Shown: positions 10,294 through 22,499, counted from the first letter of the whole stretch. The stretch is DNA of 59,975 nucleotides, filler included, from Sphacelaria rigidula (GCA_964200075.2; 9 parts of 9 records of this genome joined end to end with filler, not necessarily neighbours in it); one strand, 5' to 3'. Notes: generated by a model not told the origin, from the sequence alone. Program-made: numbers and translations.

Positions 10294-12920
10294 GCGCGTC
10301 ATCACTCGGCGAAACAGCTGGCGAGTGTGAGGCGAGAAGGATCCTCACCCCCCAACAAGGTGAACGCCCCGCCGGCGTCGGACCTCCCCCTCCCACAGCA
10401 GCAGCCTGCACAAGGAGAATCTTCAAAAACCACGCCCGCTGCGCAGCCCGATAACTCGTCATCGTCATCAGTATCCGACTCCAAAACGGCCGGAAGCGGA
10501 GATGGCGAGACTGCTAGTACCGCTGCTGGGGCTACCGGCTTACACGGAGCCAGTGATACCAGCCCGCGTCGCCCTGACCATGGCGAGCTGAAGATTCTTG
10601 AGGCCAAGGGAGAAGAGGGTCCGGTGGTGAAGGTTAAGGAGCAGGGAGCGGGGGGTGGAGAGGCCGAGCAAGGTGGGCCATGCGCCGACGAAAATAGCTT
10701 GCAGGAAGCAAGGGGACCTTCTGCCTCGATCAGCTCGGCACGGACTGCGGCGCTCGCACCATCTACTAGCACGAACCGCAACAGGAGTGAGAGTTGCAGC
10801 CCCAGTCCCGTTCCCAGTCCTACCCGTACCAGCCAGAACGAAGGGCGAGGCGATGAAACGGAAAATGTGAATATCTCCTTCGGCGATGTTGACACGGGTT
10901 TCCTTGCGACAAGCCCCGGCCACGGGAAGGAAAAGGGCGCACGATCGCCGACCCCGGAACGGAACACGTCCCTGCCTCCGCTCAAGGTGAGCAGCAGCAG
11001 TAACGGCTGGAACAGGAGGGATAGTAACAAGAGTAACAACGGAAGCGTCAGCAGTACTCGTAGCAACAGCGGAAACAACGGGAACAACGAGAAGAACGAG
11101 GACATCGACGGCAACAACAACAGGAGGAGCAAGAACAAAAACAACGCAAACAGCAGCAGCAAGAAGAACAACAACAAGGCCGACGACGCCGACGGCAAGC
11201 AAAGCGCTGAAGGTGATGTTGACCCTGCATCGACCTCCCAGACGATCGATTCCGAGGCAGGAGCAAGGGGCACAGAAGGCGAGGGTCGAGGAGGAGGCAG
11301 CGAATCTGGCGGCGGCCATGAGGCAGACAAAACGTTAGTTTCTTCCGTGTTATCGACTTGAATGTATGGGGGGTTCTAGGTAAATTACTCTCTCCAAGAC
11401 ACTGCTGGTGGGTATTTTTTCCCAGGGAGTGTGTGTGTGTGTGTGTGTTGTCATACCATCTATTCTGGACGCCAGTCTACACCTTGCGGTATATGTGTGC
11501 GAATCAGCCGGGGCCACTCAGGAGGAAGAGCAACACAGGAGTTTGTTTATTTTCCCCCCTTTTTTCAGTACTCCACCTTCCTCCTGTGATGCTTGCCTTG
11601 TTCTTTTTCGCGAGAGGGGTTCAACGGTCCCTTTCCCTCGTCGACCGTGAAGTAAAATTTTGCGTACCCACGACATAGTCGCTCTCCACTGTTGAGCATG
11701 GTGTGAGAAAAAATCCCAGATCGTGCGACTTCACCGAAATTCAAACCCACGACCCAACCGTCAGAAGTTTTCGGGGTTACCAACTGAGCCACCGGGGCGG
11801 CCGGAGTACTGCGTAGATTTAAATCACGCATTAAAATTACTTGGTGTTGGCTGTCCCCGGGTTCACCTCATGGGCGCCATGCTTTTTTCGGAACAGTATT
11901 ATGGACTGGCCTTCGACACCGACAACCCCGACGCTATCACGAAGCAGTTTCTCTCTCTATGCGGGAACTATCCCCGACGACGACAAAAGCGTGTTATTAA
12001 TAGTCCCCAACCCCGACGTGATGCATGTGACCTGGTTTTGGTGACTCATGGCGAAGCCGTTGTTCTCTCACATATCTCTCACATATCTCTCTTCTCTTCC
12101 CCCCCCCAAAAGGGTCGAAGGTGAAGGTGGTGGATAGGATGGGATATAGTAGTTGTTAAAAAAAGAACTCACCAGTGACTCGAGAGTTGGATCAGTGTTG
12201 AATGCAAACGTCGCTGATTCGTTCGTCGACCTTGTCCTTCATAAGCACAAAGCATTATCGCGGTAGCCCGCTCTCCATGCTGCATTGTTTTCTTTCCTTT
12301 TCTGACGAAAAAGTGGAGCGCAAAGATAAATGTTAACATATATATATATTAGCTTGTCGGCTACATGCGCACTTTTAAACGAGAAAATTGTCGGGTTGTG
12401 ATTATTGGATGCGGAGCCATCCACGCCCACGCCCACGCCATGCGCATTTGTCGGGGCTGACAAAAAAAGTGATGATACTACGAGTAGTTGATTGACTCAA
12501 TGATGAAGCCGATAGATGAATTTATCAATAATTTATCAGTGATGTTTGGTGATGGCTCGGTTGAATGTTGGTTGGCCCCTGGTTGTGGACGTCGTATTTG
12601 TTTTGTTTTCTTCTGGGGGGGGGGGCGAGGGGATGAGACGTTTGTGTGGGTTTTGCTCCCGCCTTCGATTTTGTCCCGACCCTCGGCCCTCCTATCGTAC
12701 AAGTAGTAAAGAGTATCAACGTGATTTCTAATGCCTGTCCTCGTCCGTTCTTGCCTTTTGCCAGGCCGCCCAAGGTACGTTTTGCCGGCGACTGCGACGA
12801 CGCACGCTCCGAGGCTGATTCTTCTTCCGACGAGGATGACGACGAGGATGATGATGATGATGCCGTGAGCATGCTGGCGTTTGTGCCGGACGTTTTCCTC
12901 AAGGACCACCTCGCCGACAG
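10294..12920 (+). CDS. Hypothetical protein, internal exons (long Ser/Asn/Gly-rich disordered exon plus acidic exon)
   Basis: Exon 10294-11333 (cag|GCG...AC|gttagt) joins in phase to 12765-12920 (ttttgccag|G CCG CCC AAG GTA...GAC AG|gttgat). The second exon encodes PPKVRFAG..DEDDDEDDDDDAVSMLAFVPDVFLKDHLAD. Confidence 0.7.
11429..11804 (-). mobile_element. tRNA-derived SINE family 1
   Basis: Head GCCCCGGTGGCTCAGTTGG (A box) and GGTTTGAAT (degenerate B box), shared body, 3' GACTGGCGTCCAGAATAGATGG followed by an (AC)n tail. Confidence 0.8.
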
Positions 12921-13654
12921 GTTGATGGTACATTGTTGAGTTGTTGTAAGAACACTGTTTCTCTCTCTCCCTCTCCCCCCCTCCCCCCCCCCCCTCTCTC
13001 TCTCCGTTACATGTACTTCGCACCTCTAGCAGGTTTTAAGGTAGTTGATTACAAGAGGCGCGATTACCGGTATGAATAAACACGACAAAAATTCGAGGAA
13101 AAACCATTTACACCGAAGAAGAAAAAGTAACAAATAAGGTGTGCTTGTACATGCAATTGGGCACGCGCGCGGGGGGGGGGGGGCGTGTAGTCATGATCTT
13201 GCATGCTATAGTCATATGACCGCCCACTCCGGCTTTTTTAAAAGCAAAGANNNNNNNNNNNNNNNNNNNNNNNNNNNNNNNNNNNNNNNNNNNNTTAATT
13301 AATTAANNNNNNNNNNNNNNNNNNNNNNNNNNNNNNNNNNNNNNNNNNNNCGGGATTGGCCTTCGCACGCCGGTACCCGTTTTGGCGGTTCTCGGTGATG
13401 TTGGTGTATGGGGGGGGGGGGGGGGGGGGGGGGGGAACGGGAAGATTTTAGTGACGACTTTTAATCCTGTTCCTCTGTACTAGTTTGCCAAAACAAAACT
13501 GAATTGGAAGATGACAACGCACTTCTCCCACAGAATAATACGCGGGCTACTAGTCTTCGAGAGGGAAAGCGGATCCCTTGTTGGGCACCATGCAGCTCGC
13601 AAGCTGTTGGTAGTGGATAATGACAACTCATAGATGTCGTCCAGAGGACCCGAG

Positions 13655-13722
13655 CTAGGAAACTGTAGGAACGCCAGGAACATCAGGAGCTCCAGGAAGT
13701 CTGGGAACCCTAGGAACTCCAG

Positions 13723-13761
<39 letters not shown>

Positions 13762-16700
13762 TACACAACCACAAACAACATTTTTATTGCACCCTCAACA
13801 ACCCCCCTTTCACCCCCCTCTCCCCAAGCACCATCTCCCGAACAGGCAACTCACCTGCCGAATCGGCCGCAGCACCCCAACCTCCCGTCCCGCCCGATTT
13901 GAACTGCGACTGAATCATGGAGGAGATATTGGGTGCTGACGATGGTTCAGGTACTTTTAGTCCAAAAGTATCCTTCGCTTCTGCCGGAGCACCCACGCCG
14001 TCTACGCCTATATCGACAACAGGGAACAGGGAAAGCGAACGGGGGAGATAAATGGGAGGGGTAAGGGGGGCGAGGTGTACTCATGATCATGCATCCCATA
14101 GTCACATGACCAGTGACCTCGCATCCCTACAAAGCCGGGACGGAAGCACGACGGGTTTTCGCCGGACCAGGATCAAAGTCAATCACCAAGCGCGAAGCAC
14201 CGTGGTGTGTTTGGCGAATCGCATGAAGAGCGAGCTGCATGCTGCTTAGATTGTTCGACCCGAAGCCCACTGATTATCTTGCATTTGAATGACAGCATGC
14301 GATGAGTTGCTTCAATTACTGGTATCGCCACTTCCAGAGACAACCACGGCTTATACACTGCCTCATGGGTATCTCACCATTCAAACACAACGTAGTACGA
14401 TCACTCCCTTTGCGCGGAGTTGAGGTTCTCCCACACCGCACAATATGATCTAGCTCGACCACCATCATGGGAACCGCGAAAAACGCGAGCGCGCAGAAAC
14501 AAATCGGTAACCGGGCTGCCTAGCTTGCGTAGTGAGAGGTGTGTTTTACAGCGTCATCGCCAACCGACGCCAAACGCATAGGGGGTCCGTCCCCACGAAG
14601 CCGGGACGAAGCACGCCGGGACGGAGCACGCCGGGTTCTCGCCGGACCAGGCTAAAGGGAGAGAGGGGGCGCGGGCGTTTTTGTCGGCGTGAAATGATAA
14701 ATGGATTGATAGATTGATTGTTATGTTGGTTGGTTTGTCGCAAAATTCAGATGGCCCACTGCAAGCTAGGTGATGATCAACAAGACAGACAGACAGATGA
14801 CCTATTCTCGCTGTAACCCTTTTGAGACCGGAGTGGACTAACCGGGGGGTAGGGTCCATTCGTGAATCGGAATCATCTTCACTTGAAAACGACAGAAAAA
14901 TGATGCCGATTCACAGATAGATCCTGCGTGCAGACCAGCTTCTCACCCCTGGGTAGTGGGAGCGCGGGAGGTTAGTTTGTAGTTTACTACCAGGCGCCAA
15001 TTTAGGTAAAAACGCGTTCTGCGCACGCTAGGAGCACAGCCCCCGTTTAAACCTTGGACAGCGAGAGGAGGTCATCCGTTGTATCGGCGTCACTTTTTTT
15101 TTTTCAAGCATGCATAGTCCAGATGGACTCCGTTCGCGGTCCAAGGGTTAAGTTTCGGATATCGATGTCCACACTAAAGTCAAGTCGGACTAACAAACCC
15201 CTACCAAGTGGTGAACTCTACTGGAGCCCGGTCCCGAAAGGGTTAATAACGACCGTTAACCCTTTGATCGTCAGCATAGGCTGTGTATGTTGGGGCCGCG
15301 TCTTACTGGAACATCAGTTTTCGATCGAAGAAGTGCGGTGAACAACAGGATTCTCGATCTGATAGGTCGTGACTTCAACAATCGTCAACGCAAATTACGA
15401 TACTTTAAACCACGATATATCACATCGGTGTTTTCTTTTTGCACCGCACATTTTCGATCGAAAAAGTAATATGCGGAGACACGCCCTCAACCGGCATCAA
15501 ATCCATTTCAAAAATGGATGCCTGTCCCAGATGACCGACCTACCTACGCCTATTCTCGCGGCAAAGGAGTTATTATGAGCTAAATTTTTGACACGAGGTT
15601 TACATCATCAATACGATGTGTTGTGTTGTCGTCCCATCTATTCTAAACGCCAGTCTACACCTTTCGGTATATGCGAGCGCACCAGCTGGGGTCACACAGG
15701 AGGAAGGCCAAAACAGGAGTTTCTTTGTTTGTTGCTCGTTTTCGTTCTCCGCCGTCTTTCTGCGGTGCTTGCCCTTTAGTTTTTTTTCGCGAGAGGAGTT
15801 CAGCAGTGCCTTTTCCTCGTCGACCATAAAGTCGACTTTTGATTTTGTGTACCGACGACAAAGTCGCTCTCCACTGTCGGGCAGTGTGTGGCTAAAAAAA
15901 TCCCACATCGCTCCGAGATTCGAACCCACGACCCAACCGTCACAACGTGTCGACCTCACCACCAGAGCCAACGCGGCGACCGATGGAAAGTGACATTGGC
16001 ATGGCAAATGACAAATGGACAATTTTACACACAACGTACAGCATGATGACGCCGGCACAGAGCACGCAGGGGGGAACAAACACTACACGACGAAGCAAGG
16101 TGGGAAACCCCGGGGACGGCACGTTTTCGTCCCCGATTTTGTAGATCGCGGTACTATAATTACTTCGAGAACCCTTCGGGGACCGGACCCCCACCAACCA
16201 GGGTATAACCTTTTCGAATGCCAGCCGTGGTCCACTAGTGAGTTGCCACCATTCTCGGTCGTTTGTCGAGTGAAGATGATGCATGGTTCGGACGAATCAT
16301 CGCCGGTTCGAATCACCAAATCCACGAATTCTCAGGCCTGATTTCTCGAAAGAGAGAAAAATGTTGATCGCTTGTCAAAAAGGTCTTCATGCAATTTTGC
16401 GCCATTCCGCCTGCCTGGCCTGCGTGTACACGTGGGTTGCAACCCTGAAAACAAAGCTGAAGGATTGAATCATACGGTACGAATCAAGTATACTAAAATA
16501 AAGTAGTTTCCAGACGAATCATTCATTCATCCGACCCGTGAAATGATGCCGAAATCGTTCCCCAAGGTAGTCATGATCCAGCCGTGGTTATTATCCACAT
16601 GACGTGGACACTAAACAAACATGATAACAGTCGCTGAAGGAAAGTGAAAAAAAAAAAACAGAAAGGCGTAACAGACACAACGAGTAGACTGAAAAATACG

Positions 16701-17818
16701 AAAACAAACGTAGGGTATATGATATCGCCATACCAGGTACGTCATTGTATCAAATATATCATATCCGAAGCTCTTAGAATACGATGTGAATTTTCATCGA
16801 TACATGTCGCGCCGGTCGCCCCGGTGGCTCAGTTGGTAACCTCAAAACCTTCTGATTGTTGAGTCGTGGGTTCGAACCTCAGTGAAATCACACGATCTGG
16901 GATTTTTTCTCAAACCATGCCCAACGGTGGGGAGCGAATATGTCGTGGGTACACAAAGGTCGACTTCTCCGCCGACGAGATAAAGGGACCACTGGACCCC
17001 TCTCGCGAAAAAAATAAGGCGCGAACCGCCAAAGGAAGTTGGAGTACTAAAACAAAAACAAGAAAAACTCTTCTGATTGCCTTTCTCCTGCTTAACCCCG
17101 GTTGATGCGCCCACATTACCGAAAGGTGAAGACTGGCGTCCAGAATAGATGGGATGAAAACATACACGTGTCATCACGAATTTCCACATTCAATCGGTAC
17201 AAAACTTCGTGTGCCTTGTTGGATTTTCAAGGCGACAATTGATGCCTATACTCAAGACCACCGACCGTACAGGGACAGAGACGACACAGCTCACTATACT
17301 ATTCTAGCCGCTTCGGTTACCTTGTCCCTTGATGACCAGTGCCTCCAGCGCCGCTTTTTTCCGCCTGGAACCCATGAGCGCCGACGCTGACCTACCCCCG
17401 CCCCTTCTCCTTGCCCGTTGCTCTTCCCTCAGGTCTGCCAAGATATCCAACCGACTACCCTCCTCCTCCTCGTCGTCGTCGTCGTTGTCAACTCGGGCAC
17501 CGTCGCTCCGCAAATCTTTCGGATTTTGTCGTTCATCACTGCTGCGGGGATCATCATCCTCCTCATTGTTGTCGTTCTCAGCCTTCGATTTTCTTCCTTT
17601 GTCGGCTTCTCCGTCCACTTCTGTTGTTGTTGTTGTTGCTGCTGCTGCTGGTACTGATGGTGTGGCCTCCGTGCGTTGATCGCTACCGCCGTTGCCTCCC
17701 CCAGTTCGCCCTGCCTCATCTTCACCACTGTTTCCCGTTGTTGCTGCCGGTGCTACTATTGTAACGGGATTACCGTCAGTTCGTGCTGCTGTCTCGTCTT
17801 CCCTGTCACCACCGCCTG
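13655..17818 (-). CDS. Hypothetical low-complexity protein, 3' exons
   Basis: Exons 17818-17321 (acidic/Gly-rich, ends ..ALVIKGQ G|gtaacc) and 14007-13855 (..GWGAAADSA G|gtgagt), with a possible terminal exon 13716-13655 (VPRVPRLPGAPDVPGVPTVS*). The phases are all 1. The last acceptor (gag) is weak. Confidence 0.6.
13723..13760 (+). repeat. (ACA)n microsatellite
   Basis: About 12 perfect ACA/CAA units in the intron. Confidence 0.9.
14075..14379 (-). mobile_element. Near full-length short retroposon family C (~300 bp)
   Basis: Runs from the TGGTGAGATACCCATGAGG head to GGGATGCGAGGTCACTGGTCATGTGACTATGGGATGCATGATCATGAGTACAC plus a C-rich tail. Partial copies lie at 13170-13250, 14585-14655, 33198-33275, 40495-40620, 46726-46760 and 53245-53300. 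Confidence 0.75.
14817..15242. mobile_element. piggyBac-like non-autonomous element
   Basis: (G)TAA|CCCTTTTGAGACCGG ... CCGGTCCCGAAAGGG|TTAA. Confidence 0.6.
15617..15982 (-). mobile_element. tRNA-derived SINE family 1
   Basis: Head GGTCGCCGCGTTGGCTCTGGTGG, B box GGTTCGAATC, and the same body and tail as the 11429 and 16811 copies. Confidence 0.8.
16811..17167 (+). mobile_element. tRNA-derived SINE family 1
   Basis: A box TGGCTCAGTTGG and B box GGTTCGAACC. Ends GACTGGCGTCCAGAATAGATGGGATGAAAACATACAC. Confidence 0.85.
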
Positions 17819-17842
17819 CTGTTTGAAAGAAATACATTGAAA

Positions 17843-18355
17843 GAGGGGACGGGGATGAGATAGACATGAGATGAGCTCCCTACGAACCGTATCGCAGTTA
17901 CGTGGCCATCATGTTACGGAACAAGCACGCTGTCGCTCGATGTCTCTGGGCGGGACGGGGATGAGATGGACATGAGATGAACATCCTGCATACTGTACTG
18001 CAGTTACGTGGCTATCACGTTACGGAACAAGCATGTTGTCGCCCGACCTCTCTTGAGGGGACGGGTATGACATGAGATGATGTAAACACCCTACATACTG
18101 TACTGTAGTTGCGTAGCTATCACGTTACGGAACAAGCATGTGGTCGCCCGCTCTCGCTTGAGGGGACGGGGGTGACATGAGATAAACCTCCTACACACTG
18201 TACTGCAGTTACGTGGCTGTCACGTGACGGAACAAGCATGTTGTCGACCGACTCTTCTCGAGGGAACGGGGATGACATGAACATCCTACGCACTGTGCTG
18301 TAGTTACGTGACTTATCATGCTGCGGAACAGGCTTGTGGTCATCCGACTTCTCTC
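17843..18355 (+). repeat. Tandem array, 5 diverged copies of a ~105-bp unit
   Basis: Units start near 17843, 17948, 18055, 18160 and 18260 (GAGGGGACGGGG..ACATGA..CAGTTACGTGGCTATCACGTTACGGAACAAGCATG). Confidence 0.9.
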
Positions 18356-18467
18356 ACAGACCGCCGGCCCCAGCGGCGCATCCAAAAAACCCACAGCGCG
18401 CTGAACACCTTCTCCGAAACAAGAGTTACGCGAGGGACGGGTTTGTGATGAACCAAGCTGTACGCTA

Positions 18468-18529
18468 CGCACCGATGGTCCAACAGCCCGACTGTCACCA
18501 TTAGGGTGGAACGAACGTGGTTTCGAGTC

Positions 18530-18611
<82 letters not shown>

Positions 18612-18978
18612 TGTGCGTGTGTGTGTGTGTGTGCTTTTCTTCACACCTTGGGATAATAAATACATCATCAATAGATATGCAATAGGCAAAAAATGTCTGG
18701 GTAAAGTATATATTTGTCTATTGCATCTGTTGACCATATGTATTGTCTAGGGTGTGTCTTTTTTCTATTGAGTATCTGTTTCGCGCCGTTGAAAAGCGCA
18801 AGGATGTAAGCAGCAAAAACAGTTCGACTGGCGTTGTTTGACGAGACTTGACGTGGTGCGGGAGCGCTGATCCCAATCCACGAGACCAAAATGCCAGGCG
18901 TGTACCGCGGGCGACATGGGTTGGTCCTTTTGAGGCCACGGATCCGCCCGGAGGAAGGGGACGGATTGAAAGTGTGCA
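18468..18978 (+). mobile_element. tRNA-derived SINE family 2 copy, interrupted by (GT)n and a second insertion
   Basis: The head (..CTGTCACCATTAGGGTGGA..GGTTTCGAGTC) lies at 18468-18532. The body and tail at 18750-18978 match the 21786 and 33492 copies. Confidence 0.6.
18534..18633 (+). repeat. (GT)n microsatellite, ~50 units
   Basis: Directly visible. Confidence 0.95.
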
Positions 18979-19079
18979 CGCCTTGGATAATACGTGGTCA
19001 AAAAGCTTCAATAGACAAGAAATATACTGCGTAGAGTACAGGAATATTGCGACTATTGTCAATAGTCGCAATAGGCCTG

Positions 19080-19553
19080 TACTTACGCAGTACATTTCTT
19101 GTCTATTACTCTTGACCATATGCATATATTTACATAAATAAACAAATAAATAAATAGGTAACTAATTAATTATATTAGTACCGAGGTTGGGTTGGGGTTT
19201 GGATTATTGTTTTTTTAAAGAATGGGGAAGACACCACTTAATTAATTAATTGATTGAATATTGTTAGACGATGGATGTTGGGGGTGGATTATTGATTTTT
19301 TGGAAAAGGGAACACATTAGATTGTCATTATCTAAGTACTTTACGCAGTTTCTTGTCTATTACTCTTGACCATATGTACATATGTACATAAATAAATAAA
19401 TAGATAACTAATTAATTATATTAGTACTAAGGTTGGGTTGGGGTTTGGAGTATTGTTTTTTGAACAATGGGGAAGACACTAATTAATAAATTGATTGAAG
19501 ATTGTTAGACGATGGATGTTGGGGGTGCATTATTATTCTAGATTGTCATTATC
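19080..19553 (+). repeat. AT-rich tandem duplication, two diverged copies of ~220-255 bp
   Basis: TTTCTTGTCTATTACTCTTGACCATATG...GTTAGACGATGGATGTTGGGGGTG..AGATTGTCATTATC occurs twice (19080-19333, 19337-19553). Confidence 0.85.
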
Positions 19554-21785
19554 AAAGGGGTAAAAATGTGACTAAAAAAACAACAACAGCGTCGTGGCGG
19601 TGCCTCCGGCACAAGTATCTTGCCCTCCGACCTCTCACGAGAGTATCCCGGGCGCTAACAACCCCTGAAACAGTAATAGCACCTCTACCGCGCGCAGCGA
19701 TTCGCAGGCTTGCCCTCCGGTATCCCCCCCCCCCTCCCCCCTCGCGCTTAATACATTGGATTTTTGGGAGAAAACGATAGCTATACTAGGAGATAGATGG
19801 TGGCCACAGGCGGTGAAACAGGCATAGGATAAGATATGTTAAGGGCTCCTGTCTTTTGTACGGGGAGCCATCCTACGATAGGGGTGGGGGTATTTTGGGG
19901 CATTTGTTGCTCGAAATTTTGAGTCNNNNNNNNNNNNNNNNNNNNNNNNNNNNNNNNNNNNNNNNNNNNTTAATTAATTAANNNNNNNNNNNNNNNNNNN
20001 NNNNNNNNNNNNNNNNNNNNNNNNNAGATTTTAATCCTCCGGGTTCTCATCCTCAATGGAAAGCACCATCCTCAACATAGATGATCGGCTGTTTCAACAG
20101 CAAATACGGGGTATTGTTCATCACATGAAAATGATGCCGGCTCAACAGATGAGCACCCTGGGCGTTGAAAACCATCAAGTAAGGCTTGGTCGAAATACGC
20201 AGAACTTATTACTATTCAGACAGTTGATTTCCAGTTGAAACAAGGAATGGTACACCTCTCAATCCCAAGCACCACAGACGAAACGTTTCCCCAGACGCAA
20301 ATTTCGTGCGGAGGACGGGCGGGGAGGGAGGAGTACACAGTACTCTAAATCTCAGTAGTAATCAGGCTGTGAGACATGGTCAGACTCTAGTAGATGATAG
20401 ATTTCCTGTGTCCAAGGCGCTTCCAATTTCAATTTATTTCGGTGTTTGAAACGTTGCCGTCTCGGATTCGGCGGTGAACCCGGAGTGGTCTCGGCTGGGC
20501 CCTCTACGCTAAAATGAAGGTATGCTCGTAACTTACTTTGTATTTAAACGTGGTGTTTATCTCCTTACGGTAGGTAGTGGAGGGATTGGTGGACTTGTTT
20601 CAGTACTGAAACGCCCAGGTATCATCATGTAAATGCATGTTTTGTGTCTCGTTCGAATCAAGTTATGCATGAAAGACTACCTGTACTGCAGTATGGTTGC
20701 GTCCTTGCATTTCTTGCCAAAAATTACGGTCCCCGCGCCTCGTACACAGTACAGTTCATGATAACCAGAGCATGTCGGTGGTGTTTATTTCATCCATATC
20801 CGTTTTTGAACTGGTACGGGATACTAGTTCGTACAGCACGGAGCATGCGGCAGTGCTAGATCGAAAAACTGGTACACCACATCTCCAAGTGCAACAACGA
20901 TGGACTCGCTGGCATTTCTTCTGCGTGCTTTCGAATAAAGCGTCATGAAACATGAGGAACCCGTGACGGGCTGCCACAGGAGAGTACAACGCTGTAGTAC
21001 ACAAGCAGGCTAGCACGGTGTTGGCAACAGGGAAATGCTAGCGCGCGTGCTGCTCGAAAATAACGTGCTCCGCCCGTGTAATTTACTTCGATGCGTTTTT
21101 TTGAATTGTTGATAGCACCGCGACTAGTTTAGGCGCCGTGCTCGTCCTTTGAGGGTTCTTTTTTTTTTCGGGGAGTCGGGAAAAGCACGACACGGGTGTA
21201 ATTCGTGCGCAAAAAACATGGCACGGGCACGTTTCATCTCAACTCCCACCGGCGGGGTGCTGTCATCTGCGATTTTCGGAGCTGACGTCACATTTTTTCA
21301 AGTCTTTCACTACATGAGTTTTCATCTCCGACCCGTGGTCACGGGGTGCAAGGAACTCACCACCGATGACCATAAAACCAGGAGTCGACAGAGGATTTCT
21401 TTGCACAAAAAACTGCACGCGAGAACAATAACCCCGCCAAAACCGATCGAGCAACGAGGAACACACTGCAAGCCAGCAAATTAACGGCGTGCGATCTAGA
21501 CGACCAAATTACCACCCCCTGCTGCATGTACATGTAGGAACAGCAAACGCAGGAATCGCAATGTTGCAGGCAGCGAGAACCACCTCGCAAAAGACTTGAT
21601 AATATTGAAAAATATACCAGGTTGAAGGAAATCAGGTGATGGTTTCATCGACGAAACATCAAATGGCTTGGCTCAGCATCAACATCAAGTGAGTTGATCA
21701 CCCTAATATTAGTTCGGTGTAATTACCCAGAGCTAATCCAAGTTCGAGAACCTCAAATCTACCTGCCCTTTTGTTTTCCCCTCAA

Positions 21786-22073
21786 CACTTTCAACCCCCC
21801 CCCTTCCTCGGAATGAGTCCGTGGTCTCGAGGGATCAACTCACCTCTCCCCCGGTACGCGCCTTTCGTTTCGCTCGTGCGGATTGGGTCAGCACTTCCGC
21901 ACCGCGTCAACCCACGTCACACAAACTCAGTCGACTAATATTGTTTACCCACGTACTCACGTTTCCCACGGTGGAAATCGTACATCACAAAGAAAAAACC
22001 CAACCAATCGGGAATGGAGCCCCCGTTCTCTCCACCCAATGGCGACAGTAGGATCAATACACCACCGGGGCGC
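21786..22073 (-). mobile_element. tRNA-derived SINE family 2
   Basis: Head GCGCCCCGGTGGTGTATTGATCC; 3' GAGACCACGGACTCATTCCGAGGAAGGGGGGGG TTGAAAGTG. Aligns to 33492-33784. Confidence 0.7.
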
Positions 22074-22499
22074 TAGAAGCAGATATTTCCGTGATGTGTC
22101 GGGAGCAGTTTAGAACGAAGGCAATATAAAACTGAGAACACACCCAATGCCCCCCAATCCTGGCTCCCGAAAAGTACTGGGAAAAACAAGTTGGTTTGAC
22201 GACGTTAGTGTAAGACTACACAACGCCGAAAGAACCGGAGCCCAACACGAGAAGAAAAGAACGCCGCTAAACAGTCACAGAGACTGACGGAAGCTGACGT
22301 GGAATATGTCGGATTTGACGGAGTTCGTCACGTCCCGAGTGTAGACATCTGGTTCTGGAACGCAGCACGGTATCAAGAAGGTAGACAAGGGGAAGGTGAA
22401 GGAAAGAAGAGACGTGAACAAGCGTGCAGGCTGAAGATTGCACTGAGGCATGTAGGAAGAAATAAATAAAGAAAAGTATGTTACCGACGAGAGCGATCA

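Noticed and set aside
10302..11330. 342-aa Leu-rich and 259-aa minus-strand ORFs
   Set aside because: Antisense shadows of the low-complexity + strand exon, which has matching splice sites.
14300..14379. Hammerhead or HDV-like ribozyme call for the family C head
   Set aside because: It lacks the CUGANGA/GAAA core and the pyrimidine-rich L3 and C-N-R-A J4/2 of HDV-like ribozymes. Only a generic structure is retained as a finding.
16811..16895. tRNA genes at SINE heads (also 11804, 15982, 22073, 25868, 33784)
   Set aside because: A/B boxes are present but there is no closing acceptor stem or proper anticodon arm, and each continues into a shared SINE body.
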